This document shows, in pieces, positions 14,270 through 26,109 of a stretch of DNA of 64,000 bases. Under the pieces are notes generated by a model. It was not told where the DNA came from, searched no databases, and worked only from the letters and a program-made list of their open reading frames with translations. Both the position numbers and the translations under genes were made by a program. Source of the DNA: Octopus vulgaris (Eukaryota); assembly GCA_951406725.2 (NCBI GenBank), contig OX597814.1:174778001-174842000 (forward strand). Direction: 5' to 3'. How positions within the stretch are numbered: position 1 is the stretch's first letter; the number at the start of each line of letters is the position of its first letter.

Positions 14270-15707
14270 CATCATCATTTAACGTCCACTTTCCATGCTA
14301 GCATGAGTTGGACGGTTTGACTGGGGACTGGTGAGCCAGATGGCTGCACCAGACTCCAATCTGATCTGGCAGAGTTTCTACAGCTGGATACCCTTCCTAA
14401 CGACAATCACTCCGAGAGTGTAGTGAGTGCTTTTACATCCCACCAGCATGAGGGCCAGTCAGGCGGTACTGGCAACGCCCACACTCAAATGGTGTTTTTA
14501 CGTGTCACCTGCACAGGAGCCAGTCCAGCGGCACTGGCAGTGCTCTAGCTTAAATGTTGCTTCTCATGTACCACCGGCACAAGTATCATCATCATCATCG
14601 TTTAACGTCCGTTTTCCGCGCTAGCACGGGTTGGATGGTTCAACTGGGGCCTGGGAAGCCAGGGGCTGCACCAGGCTCCAGTCTGATCTGGCAGAGTTTC
14701 TACAGCTGGACGCCCTTCTTAATGCCAACCACTCCGCAAGTGTAGTGGGTGCTTTTTACGTGCCACCTGCACAGGTGCCAGGGGAGTCCGGCATCGGCCC
14801 CGATCAGTTGGTGCTTTTAACGTGCCACCGGCACGGAAGCCAGCCAAGGCGGTACTGGCATCGACCACGTTCGGATGGTGCTTTTTATGTGTCACCGGCA
14901 CAGAAGCCAGTCGAGGCGGCACTGGCAACGGTCACGTTCGGATGGTGCTTTTTATGTGCCACCGGCACAGGTATCACAACTACTATTTCCATTGATATTT
15001 ATTTCGATGTTCATGTACTTGACTCAACAGGTCTCCTCAAGCACAGCGGGATGTTCTGGAATCCAAGGTACTTTGAATGGGGTTATGCGGAACTGGTGCA
15101 GGGAGCAGCCCTGGTCTTTGCAGTCACAGCATATCTCCAGAGATCTCGGTCCTTCGCCATTGCCTCAGTGAGGCCCAACGCTCTGAGGTCATGCTTGACT
15201 ACCTCATCCCATGTCTTCCTGGGTCATGGTATCATCATCATCATCATCATTTAACGTCCGCTTTCCATGCTAGCATGGGTTGGACGGTTCAACTGGGGTC
15301 TGGGGAGCCCGAAGGCTGCACCAGGCCAGTCAGATCTGGCAGTGTTTCTACAGCTGGATGCCCTTCCTAACGCCAACCACTCCGAGAGTGTAGTGGGTGA
15401 TTTTATGTGCCACCGACACAGGTGCCAGACGAGGCTGGCGAACGGCCACGCTCGGATGGTGTTTTTATGTGCCACCGACACAGGTGCCAGACGAAGCTGA
15501 CGAACGGCCACGCTCGGATGGTGTTTTTATGTGCCACCGACACAGGTGCCAGACAAGGCTGGCAGACGACCACGCTCGGATGGTGTTTTTATGTGCCACC
15601 GACACAGGTGCCAGACGAGGCTGGCGAACGGCCACGCTTGGATGGTGTTTTTATGTGCCACCGACACAGGTGCCAGACAAGGCTAGCAGACAACCACGAG
15701 GCTAGCA

Positions 15708-15708
<1 letters not shown>
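14270..15708 (-). mobile_element. Three stacked RTE 3'-end copies (14270-14583, 14585-15228, 15232-15708)
   Basis: Each begins on + with (CAT)n-tttaacgtcc. The middle copy reaches the ORF C-terminus (cagcatatctccagagatctcggtc). Confidence 0.85.
15401..15700. repeat. 62-bp GC-rich minisatellite (about 4.7 units) inside an RTE 3' UTR
   Basis: atgtgccaccgacacaggtgccagac recurs at 15405, 15467, 15529, 15591 and 15653. Confidence 0.95.
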
Positions 15709-15751
<43 letters not shown>

Positions 15752-16077
15752 TATATGCATGCATGACCATGTTCTAGATTTGTCTCTCTTAATGAGATAT
15801 TTAAAAAAATTATTTTTGCATAAGTTCCATGCTGTTTATTTGAAACAGCATATCTCTTAATCTGTCATCATTTCTAGGCTTTCACAGTTTCATCTTCAGG
15901 AGAAAGTAATATTGGCTTGTATTGCTGTCTTTATAATAAACAGTGTGAATGTTGTAGATATTACTACCAGAATTTTAACTGTTATAGGCTATTTTTGTGC
16001 TGAATTCTTTAAGAGTATGAGTATACTGTTCACTAATGTTTTCTTATCTAGTTTTCTGTATTGTATGATGTTGTATA

Positions 16078-16660
16078 TCATCATCATCATCATCATCATT
16101 TAACGTCCGCTTTCCATGCTAGCATGGGTTGGACGGTTCAGCTGGGGTCTGGGGAGCCCGAAGGCTGCACCAGGCCAGTCAGATATGGCAGTGTTTCTAC
16201 AGCTGGATGCCCTTCCTAACGCCAACCACTCCGAGAGTGTAGTGGGTGATTTTATGTGCCACCGACACAGGTGCCAGACGAGGCTGGCGAACGGCCATGC
16301 TCGGATGGTGTTTTTATGTGCCACCGACACAGGTGCCAGACGAGGCTGGCGAACGGCCACGCTCGGATGGTGTTTTTATGTGCCACCGACACAGGTGCCA
16401 GATGAGGCTGACGAACGGCCACGATCGGATGGTGTTTCTTACGTGCCCACAGCACGGAGGCCAGTCGATGCGGTACTGGCTACGGCTACGTTCGGATGGT
16501 TTTCTTGTGTGCCACCGGCACTGGTACCGCAAAGATACAAATTCCATTGATGTTCATCTATTTTGATTTGATTTGATTTGATTTTCACTTGCCTCAACAG
16601 GTCTTCACAAGTGTCACAAGAAGGAAGGAAGGTATGCACAGGTGAACTGACAACGTCCCA
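16078..16660 (-). mobile_element. RTE 3'-end copy, near-identical to the 15232 copy over its first about 300 bp, with three 62-bp units
   Basis: Direct comparison of 16078-16400 with 15232-15550. Confidence 0.85.
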
Positions 16661-18847
16661 GGGGTTTCATATTTTAGCACAAGGCTGGCAAATTCAAGGG
16701 AAGGAGTAAGTTGATTGCATCAACTCCCACACTCAACTGGTACCTTTTTTATTGACCCCAAAAGGATGAAAGGCAAAGTTGACCCTAGCAGCATTTAAAC
16801 TCAGAATGTAAAGTCAGAAGAAATGCTGCTAAACATTTTTCCTGGCATGGTAACAATTCTTCCAGCTCACTGCCTTAGATGTAGTGTATTACAATTGCTC
16901 TTTGTAAGTGCATGATGAGCCAGTAGGAGTGTGCCATACTTACATGACCAGTATTGTAGCTGGGATCATGAAGTTTATATCTTTCACATTCACAATCAAT
17001 GGTCATTTTGTAGCTTGTTTGTAGGTTTACATACTGGTTTGTTATTGAAACAGTTTTAAATTTTAGTGCATATTATTAGTGCTTGATGTAAACTAATGAT
17101 GTACTAAAATAAAAAACTACAAGCATAAAAACCTCTGCATATGTTTACTAATAACCAATGTGATTTATAAATTTGATTGAAAATATGTAAGTTGCAGACT
17201 TCACAACACTGACTGTTATATTGGCCAGACAAATATGGCACTCTGTTGCTGACCTGCCATGCACTTAGAACTGAAGGTAATTACATTGCACTACACCACA
17301 CAACAAAACCAAATAAGAAAACATAGTGGGCAGTATATATATATTCTATTGAAGACCCGCACCTCTCTTTCTCTTTGTCTTTATCTATTGAAATAAATGT
17401 GAGGGATTGAATGTTTCTGTCAAAACCCTGACGCCTATAAAGATATGCACTCTGCACTGCATAATTGATTATGCACTAATTAATTGTGCAGTGCTCCAAC
17501 GACATACAGTAATGAGTTCTGCTTATTTATGTTATTTCTTTACATTGAATGAACTTGAATATGCGACCATAAACCATTAATATTTTGGCTTGTTTTATGG
17601 CTAGCTTTAACCTGCTCACTTGATTTAAAGACCTGTAACACCCTTTTCAATAAATACATTGAAGAGAAATCATGGAATAAGCAAACTGTTTAACTAGTAG
17701 CTCATAGTTCTTGAGTTCAAATCCACTGTGTGCATCTTATGTAGTTGTTCATCCGTGTCTCAGAAAAGCTACCAATGTTTAACTTGAATTAGCTCCTAAT
17801 TTTATCAAGATGGTATTTGGTTTACATCTCTGTTTTAACCCCATGCAACCACAACTAAGCCATAGCCCCTTTAAAATCCCTTGAAACTTTGGTCATATTT
17901 TATTTGCTGTTTTTGTATTAGCTTCTGTAAATGTAAATTTGTGTTTTAGAGTCTTTTAAAACAGAACTGTCATTCTAGTGTGAAGAACATTATTTATTAA
18001 TAGAATATTAAGTTCATGTTAAAACTAATGTGAATAACTTTTTATAACTCTTTCTACTTTCTTTCTACTTTTTTTTTTCCTGAAATAAGAAAAAAATACT
18101 TCTCTTGTTCCCCATCAACATTGATAATTGGGAAAAATAGTATCAAAACTCAGGAGTCATCAATGGCTCTATAGAACAATGCCATCTTCTGTGATGAATA
18201 ATCATTTACCCTTTTTTCCAATTCAGAATGAATTTAGCACAGATCTGTTTTGTTAGAGCTGGCCTTGGACTAAACAAACAGCTTCCAGATGTTCAGATGC
18301 TCAAGGAATACTGCTTGAGAAAGACCAGCATCTTAACTAGTGAATAAAAGAAATTATGTGCTTGATAGATTTGACACCAACTACTGTTATCATGCTCTGT
18401 CTTTACTGGAGTTAGGGGACAATGTTTCCAATGCAGTTTACTCTAATTTTATAGTATATTCTCCATTGTAATATTTACTCTGATTGGGAAAGCATAATGT
18501 TTTAGATTTTTATGTAAATACAGTTTTTATTCTCATACTTTTCACCAGATCGTTGATTATTTGAGAGATAACTAACAGGGGGAATCAAAACAGTGTTGTT
18601 GACCCAGTTCATTTGATTAACCATTTAGTTATTGGGACACCAGTAGAGACTTCATCTTCGTGTAATATATCTTTGTCAAGATAGCAGATATCGAGAGACC
18701 TAATTTACAAGTGTAAGATATCTTGTTAATTACTAAAGAAGAGAGGTGGATTGTCACTCATTATAGCATTGAACAGAATGTTCACATGATATTTCTTCTT
18801 CCTCTTTGTTCTGAGTTCAATTCCCACCAACCTTGCTTTACATCATT

Positions 18848-19068
18848 GTAGGAGCTGTTCCATCCAACCACCTCTCTAGCTTCTTTGATGACGTCCAGGT
18901 TTCTGAGCCATATAGTAGAATTGGTTCGACTGTGGCTTTGAAGATTTTAAGTTTGAAAATACAAATATATGGAAAACTACCACCTGTATCATCTCTTGTG
19001 AAAGGTAGGAGAGTCCAGTTTGCTGGACATTGCTGTAGAGCTGAAAACGAGGCAATTTCTACTCTTCT
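18848..19068. mobile_element. RTE-like LINE RT fragment with internal inversion
   Basis: The minus strand encodes KIFKATVEPILLYGSETWT..LDG, and the adjoining plus strand encodes QIYGKLPPVSSLVKGRRVQFAGHC. Confidence 0.75.
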
Positions 19069-19679
19069 TAACCACACAGCCATGCCTGTGCCTATGCAAT
19101 AAGTGCATGAATGGCTATTGATGTAAACATGGCTGTATAGTAAGAAGTTTACTTCCCATGGTTTTGGGTTCAGTCCTACTGTGTGGTACTTTGGGCAAGT
19201 GTATTTTACTATAGCCCCAGGTCAATCAAACCAATTGAGTAGATTTGGTTGATGGAAACTAAAAGAAGCCCATCATATGTAGTTTTGTGTGTGTGAATAT
19301 GTGCGTTTATGTTTCCTTGTCTTGACATCGCATGATGATTGTAAATGGGTGTCACTGTCATAGAAGCAGTGTAATTCATCTCCAGCATTCTGCAACAACA
19401 TGTCTGGCTATGGGGAAATATTACCTTGCTTGGAAATAGGTTAAAGTTAGCAACAGGAAGGGCATCCAGGCATAGAAAGTTTGCCTCATTAAACTCCATC
19501 CGATCCATACAAACATGGAAAATCATAATTTAATGTCTGTTTTCCATGCTGGCATGAGTTGGACAGCTTGACAGGAGCTGGCTAGGCTAAGGGCTGCTCC
19601 AGATCCCACAGTCAGTTTTTGGCTTGGTTTCTACAGCTGGATGCCCTTCCTAATACTAACCATTTTACAGAGTGTTCTA

Positions 19680-19933
19680 GCACTTTTTATGGCACCAGCA
19701 CCAGTACTTTTTGGCATAGCACCAGCAACAGTGCTTTTTATGTGGCACCAGCACCAGTGCTTTTTATATGACACTGGTACCAGTTCTTTTTTTACCTGGC
19801 ACCAGTACTGCTGCTTTTTACATGGTACCAGCAGCATTGCATCATGACCAAGCACCAGCACCCGTGCTTTTAAAGTGGCATCAGCATCAGTGATCTTAAT
19901 GTGGTACCAGCACCAGTGCTTTTTATGTGGCAC
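19680..19933. repeat. Degenerate minisatellite of about 22-25 bp (gtgctttttatgtggcaccagcacca)
   Basis: About ten diverged units, directly following an RTE-like 3' end. Confidence 0.8.
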
Positions 19934-20317
19934 CCTAGATTTAAAGTGAATGCTAATGATGACGATGATCTATGTGTGTGTGTGGGTGCATAAATATATA
20001 TATATTTAAAGTTTGTGAGAGATGATTAGTAGTAATATAAAACTGTAACTAAACAGCAGCCTAACTATATCAGGCATAGTTCAGTAATTGCAAATGATTT
20101 TTCTCCCTCTGAACTTGTTAATAATGCATGGTTAAATGTTTGTTAAATGTATTGCTAAGAGGACTACTTGTCTACAATCACATATTAGAATGCTAATATT
20201 CTTGGAAAATTTTCAACGAAAATTACTGAAATCAGTTCTCATTAAGAATATCCGTGGTTAGTCTTGTTTTTTCTTTTGTTTTTGTTATTGTTTTTTAGTC
20301 CTAGTGTTTTTCTATTT

Positions 20318-20349
<32 letters not shown>

Positions 20350-21430
20350 CATCATCATCATCATCATCATCATCATCGTTTTATCACTCACTTTTTCATG
20401 CTTGCATGAATCAGACAGAGGCAAAATTTTCTATGGCTGGATGTTCTTCCTATCATCAACCCTCACCAGCCTGCAAGCAAGCTAATATTTCTCCACAGCC
20501 AGACATGTTTTTGTAGGATATTGGAAATAATGACATTCATTCACAAGAACCATGTAATGTTCAAGTGAGGAGACAGAAATATATGAGGAGACACAAATAT
20601 ATATACAAACACACTTATGCATACACATACATACAATACACACACACACACACACACAACTGGCTTCTTTCAGTTTCCATCTACCAAAATTCATTCACAA
20701 GGTATTGGTTGACCCAAAACTCCACCTATATATTATTTCCTTCCCCATGGAAGCAAATCTTGATGAGGCCTATGATGAAAGGTGTTCCAGTTGTGGCCAT
20801 TCTCCCCAGTTTTTTTTTCTTTATTTAGGGCCTGCATTGTACATTGTTTCTTGCATTTTTTTTTAAATGGTAGAAATATGATTTGCAAGTAATTTGGTTG
20901 CCAGTTCTAGTTGGTTGAGCAACTATATAGAAATTCCTTCACCTGGAATGTTATATAAAAGGATTAGGTGGTTGTTAAGAAGCAAGGAAAACAACCACAG
21001 ACACAAAGACATACACACGTGTGTATGCACATACACATCTGCATGCACACAAACGCACATGCACCCACGTGAACACACACGTAATAGGCTTTCACACTCT
21101 TTCTCTCTACCAAATTCACTCACAAGGTATCGGCCCTGGGTTACAGAAGACATTTGCCCAATATCCTGTGCAATGAACCCCAAAACCATTTGGTTACAAA
21201 GCAAGCTTCTTGGGCCCACAGTCATGCCTGCACCTATTATTTGATTCTTTTACTTGTTTCAACCATTTCACTGTGGCCATGCTGGAGCACTGCCTAGAGG
21301 GGTTTTAGGGAAATGAAATGACTCTAGGACTTATTTCTTAAGCCTATGGGTTGCAAACACACCATCAATGGTTGTCAAGCCATAGTGGAGAACAGACACA
21401 CACACGTTTGTTGTGTTTTTACATTTGATT

Positions 21431-21488
<58 letters not shown>

Positions 21489-21760
21489 TATATACATAGT
21501 GAGAATTTACAAAAAAACAAAACATGTTATCGGGTGTGTAAACAACAAACAGATGTATTAGTTTAACACTCGGGAAGTGAGAACGTCGTTTACATTTTGA
21601 GCCTAGGCTCTTCGACAGAAAGGAACAAAGAAATAAACAGGGTGAGAAAATAGAAAATATATTTATATATTTATGTATATGTATATATACATACATGTAG
21701 ATTTATGTACATATATATATCTACATAAAATTGTTATAATGTCTTGTTGTTGGGATAGGC

Positions 21761-21857
21761 TCTCTTTCTTTCCTGATGAGAAGATTACACTTTATACCAT
21801 TTATTCCTTTGGAATAAAACCAATGTTGTCTTCGAAACATATGTCAAAAGTAAAAGA
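21761..21857 (+). ncRNA. Minimal type-I hammerhead ribozyme motif in a Penelope-like repeat
   Basis: CTGATGA 21773-21779; helix II gaagattaca/tgttgtcttc; GAAA 21834-21837; palindromic helix III CATATG; GTC triplet 21843-21845; helix I cttt/aaag with a C-A mismatch at the first pair. Confidence 0.75.
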
Positions 21858-22189
21858 ATTGGAATAGCATCTGCGTTCAAATCCATTTATTTACTTACAC
21901 TACACAAATTACTGCACATTAACCCAGAGTTTCTACCTTTCAATAGGTCGCTACATCCTTGTTACTTGCGTCAATTTTGCTACCCTGGTAACTGTTTATT
22001 GAATTTTCCATGTTAACGGTAAACAAAGGATAATTCATTCATCCATTTATATATATATATATATATATATTATAATAATATTAATATTAGGGAATATTAT
22101 TCCAAACTTACAAGAAAAAATTCAATATAGTAATTCTAAATCAAATTTCACAGTATATAATATATGTATATAAATTAGAGAAGAATATT

Positions 22190-22918
22190 TTCAGTTGGGG
22201 GAACCTGTGGAAGAGGTAGACCTAGGATGAGGTGGTGAAGCATGACCTTCAAACTCTGGGCCTCACCAAGGCAATGACTAGTGAACGGGACCTCTGGAAA
22301 TATGCTGTGCTTGAGAAGACGGCAAGCACAAGTGAGACCATAACCTTGTGACCTATGCCAGGAGTGTAACCAGTCCACTTACATGTGCCTTTCCTTGATT
22401 GGACACTAAACTCTGCTTGCGAAGACTTGTTGAGGCAAGTGAAATCGAAATCAAATTCGATGACTGGCATCTGTGCTAGTGGAGAGCTAAGAGTACCATA
22501 CGAGTAAGATCGGGGCCAGAGCTACAAGCTGGCCTCTGAGCCGATGGCATGTTAAAAATACCATTTGAGCGTGATCGATACCTGCGTCGCTTTACTATCA
22601 CTTGTGCTGTTGGCACGTGAAAAAACATTCGAGCAAGGTCGTTGCAAGTGCCGCTGGACTGGCTCCTGTGCAGGTGGCACATAAAAAGCACCATTTGAGT
22701 GTGGCCGTTGCCACTACCGCCTGACTGGCCTTCATGCCTGGCACCCACTACACTCTCGGAGTGGTTAGCTTTAGGAAGGGCATCCAACTGTAGAAACTCT
22801 GCTAGATCAGAGTGGAGTCTGGTGCAGCCATCTTGTTTGCCAGACCTCAGTCAAATCGTCCAACCCAAGCTAGCATGGAAAGCGGACGTTAAACGACGAT
22901 GGTGATGATGATGATGAT
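22190..22918 (+). mobile_element. RTE LINE 3' fragment
   Basis: The GTCGRGRPRMRW-type C-terminus and the 3' UTR/tail are homologous to 43290-43839. Confidence 0.85.
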
Positions 22919-22924
22919 ATACAC

Positions 22925-23120
22925 ATCATCATCATCATCATTTAACGTCTGCTTTCCATGCTAGCATGGGTTGGACGGTTCAACTGGGGTCTGGGGAGCC
23001 CGAAGGCTGCACCAGTCCAGTCAGATCTGGCAGTGTTTCTACAGCTGGATGCCCTTCCTAATGCCAACCACTCCGAGAGTGTAGTGGGTGATTTTATGTG
23101 CCACCGACACAGGTGCCAGA
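22925..23120 (-). mobile_element. RTE 3'-end fragment, tail-to-tail with the previous copy
   Basis: (CAT)n-tttaacgtc-ttccatgctagcatggg signature. Confidence 0.85.
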
Positions 23121-23538
23121 CATATATATATATATATACACATACATGCAGGGGACAAGCCTGTATGGAAAGACAGCCATGCTTTTACTTTTTAAGCACT
23201 GGAAACCACCAGGAGTCTCAATCCTCTGTCATCCCCTCTGTAAGTCCCAGTGTCTGTTGACTCTTTCTTACCACTTCTAAAAACTTTATATTCAGCACAG
23301 TCTGTTGCAGTATTTGCTGATTACTACTGGTAGTAACTGCTTATAAGTCTGTCAATAAAATGAAATGGAAAATTTGAGAGATGATGCATTAAAGTGCTAG
23401 CAATAAGAATTAAACTCCTAATTTTTATCGCATCAAAAAAGATCATTTACAGTGCTATAGTAAATAGTGCTGTACATGATTAAAATTGGATAAGTAATCC
23501 TTATAAATTCTATCATTTATAATGGCTGTTGAGAGTCT

Positions 23539-23865
23539 GGTGATATTGGCTGGTTGACTAAACAAGGATGAATGGTTGGTGATGTTGATTTGTTGACTAA
23601 ACAGGAACTGATGGACTAGTGATGTTAATTGGTTGATTAAACAGGAACCAATGCTGTTGATTGGCTGACTAAATAGGAACTGATGCACTAGTTAGCAGTA
23701 CATCAATTGAACTTCTAGAGGTGGAAATAATTTAAATAAATCAAGAATTTATGTTGTATGGTATTTGATATACCTGTATTTGTTTATTTTGTTCACCTCA
23801 AGTGGTGGAGATAATTTAGATAAATTAAGAATATATGTTGTATGATATTTGATGTACCTGCATTC
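23539..23865. repeat. About 40-bp unit x4 followed by a direct duplication of about 60 bp
   Basis: gtgatgttgattggttgactaaacaggaactgatg recurs four times, and ggtgga.ataattta.ataaat.aagaat.tatgttgtatg occurs twice. Confidence 0.75.
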
Positions 23866-25239
23866 GCATCATCATCATCGTTTAACGTCTGTCTTCCACG
23901 CTAGCACGGGTTGGACGGTTCGACCGGGGTCTGGGAAGCCAGGGGCTGCACCAGGCTCCAGTCTGATCTGGCAGTGTTTCTACAGCTGGATGCCCTTCCT
24001 AACGCCAACCACTCTGCGAGTGTAGTAAGTGCTTTTTACGTGCCACCTGCACAGGTGCCAGGGGGGTCTGGCATCGGCCACGATCGGTTGGTGCTTTTAA
24101 TGTGCCACCGGCATGCATATATATATATATATATATAATGAGAGCGTATTTTTATAGTGTGTGTGAATATATACACAACATACAGACACACACACAGAGT
24201 ATATTTTTAGTGTGAGTGTCTGTATGTTGTGTGTATATTCACACACACTATAAAAATACTCTCTCTCTCATATATATATATAACACCCACACTAAAAATA
24301 TACTCTGTGTGTGCATGTAGTATGCTTTTATAGTTTGTGTGCGCACATATACATAGACAGACAGGGAGACAGACAGATAGATAGATAGACACACAGATAG
24401 ATAGACACACAGATAGATAGACACACAGATAGACAGAGACATAGATAGACAGACAGATAGATAGTTAGACAGATAGATAGATAGATAGATAGATAGATAA
24501 ACAGACAGACAGACATATTTAAGATGTATAGAAGTATTAAGGCAATTTGTTCCAAGTAGCTCTACTGTTCTTCACATCAAAATGATTGATTTATCAATAC
24601 TTTCTCCTATTCTGCATTCTAAGAATTCTCACTTAATGACACACAAACTTATTCTCTCTCTCAGCCTCTCACACAGAGACATAAATACAAACCTTTTCTT
24701 GATGAAGTTGTATGTCTTTCATATTGAAACAAATTTCAGAATCTTATTAGCATTTAATAATGCTCAATAATTCTTGGTACAGTATGTTAAGTACTTAATA
24801 ATTATAACAATTTCAAACATCAAAAACATTTCACATCTAATTAAACATGAACTTTAAACACAAATTATCTTAAATGTCAAGAATTGATGATAATGTGTGG
24901 CTGAGGACTGGATTCCTTCTACAGTTTATATTATACTTCCAATATATCTCAAAGAAATTATTCATTAAATACAAATGTTACAAAGCAATTAGCAGAAAGA
25001 AAAGTGTCTTTCTTTGTGTTCTATAATAATTTTATTTTATTTTTTATTCTGTCTCATCTTCTTTTGAATTTTCCTGAAGATTTTCCTGGTGTTGGTTGTA
25101 TCACAATTTCACAATTTTTGCTTTCATAATGCATCTTATCTGGCCCCACTAAATAGAAGAAAAAAAGCATCTGTCGGAAGGATATAAACATAAATTAAAA
25201 CACTAGATGTAAAACAGTATTCGGTGTATGTATGTATAT

Positions 25240-25620
25240 ATGTCTTGTATCAAGGCTGTATCATGCGCGGGGACATAGAAATAATCGGACTGAATACCCG
25301 ATCGCGTGGTTAAACCATTGGGAGTGAAGGACTCCTATCCTTTGTTAGAGCATCCTTCTAGGAGAAGGTAACTCAGGTAACTGGGATAACTCCGACATAA
25401 AACCTGCGGCTCAGTGGTTACTGATGATGTTGACTTGTTCTTCTTTTCGGATTATAGCTGCTGTTGCTTAGTGAGTGGGATTGACTCAGTGCACAGCCTT
25501 TCCTCACTTTAAAAAAAATCTTCTTGCACAGGCATTGCACGATAACAACATTGATTAAGCTTCGTGCAATGGCCATACTCGATAACGAGGGAGCAGCCAC
25601 CACCATGTATGTATGTATGT
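25240..25620 (+). mobile_element. Short non-autonomous retroelement with (TATG)n tail
   Basis: Relatively CpG-rich block flanked by tgtatgtatgt on both sides. The ctaggagaaggtaactc motif is reminiscent of RTE 5' regions. Confidence 0.5.
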
Positions 25621-25713
25621 GTGTGTATGTGTGTGTGTATATATATATATATAACATACATACATCATACATACATACATACATATATCATACATACATA
25701 TATACATATATAA

Positions 25714-26045
25714 CAGGGTTATTCAAAAAGAATGAGCCAATTTCATTACACAATATTTTAATAAGGAAAAGCAATAGAAAACTGCAGCTAAGTCAAAAGT
25801 ATTTACTCACGATCAACTTTTATTTCCTGTCTTACAAGTATTCAATGTGGCCACCACCTGCAGCATGGGCAACATCAATGTGATAGGAGAATTCCTCCCA
25901 GATGCATATCAGCATATCACAATCCACTGAGTTGATCGCTGTTGTTATTTGATGTTTAAGGTCATCAAGGTTAGTGGGTAGCAGTGGAACATAAACACTA
26001 TCTTTTACATATCCCCACAAGAAAAAAATCACACACTGTGGATCA
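25714..26045 (-). pseudogene. Tc1/mariner-superfamily transposase C-terminal remnant plus terminal repeat
   Basis: FFLWGYVKDSVY..LDDLKHQIT..GGGHIEYL* and terminus cagggttattcaaa next to a TA-rich site. Confidence 0.85.
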
Positions 26046-26059
26046 CACACTCAGTATAG

Positions 26060-26091
<32 letters not shown>

Positions 26092-26109
26092 CACACACAC
26101 ACACACACA

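Noticed and set aside
14631-15254. 207-aa ORF and similar MLAWVGRF/MDGSTG ORFs
   Set aside because: Antisense readings of GC-rich RTE 3' UTR copies, recurring wherever the repeat occurs.
15401-15700. CRISPR-like regular array
   Set aside because: The units are fully repeated with no unique spacers, they lie in a LINE 3' UTR, there are no cas genes, and the context is eukaryotic.
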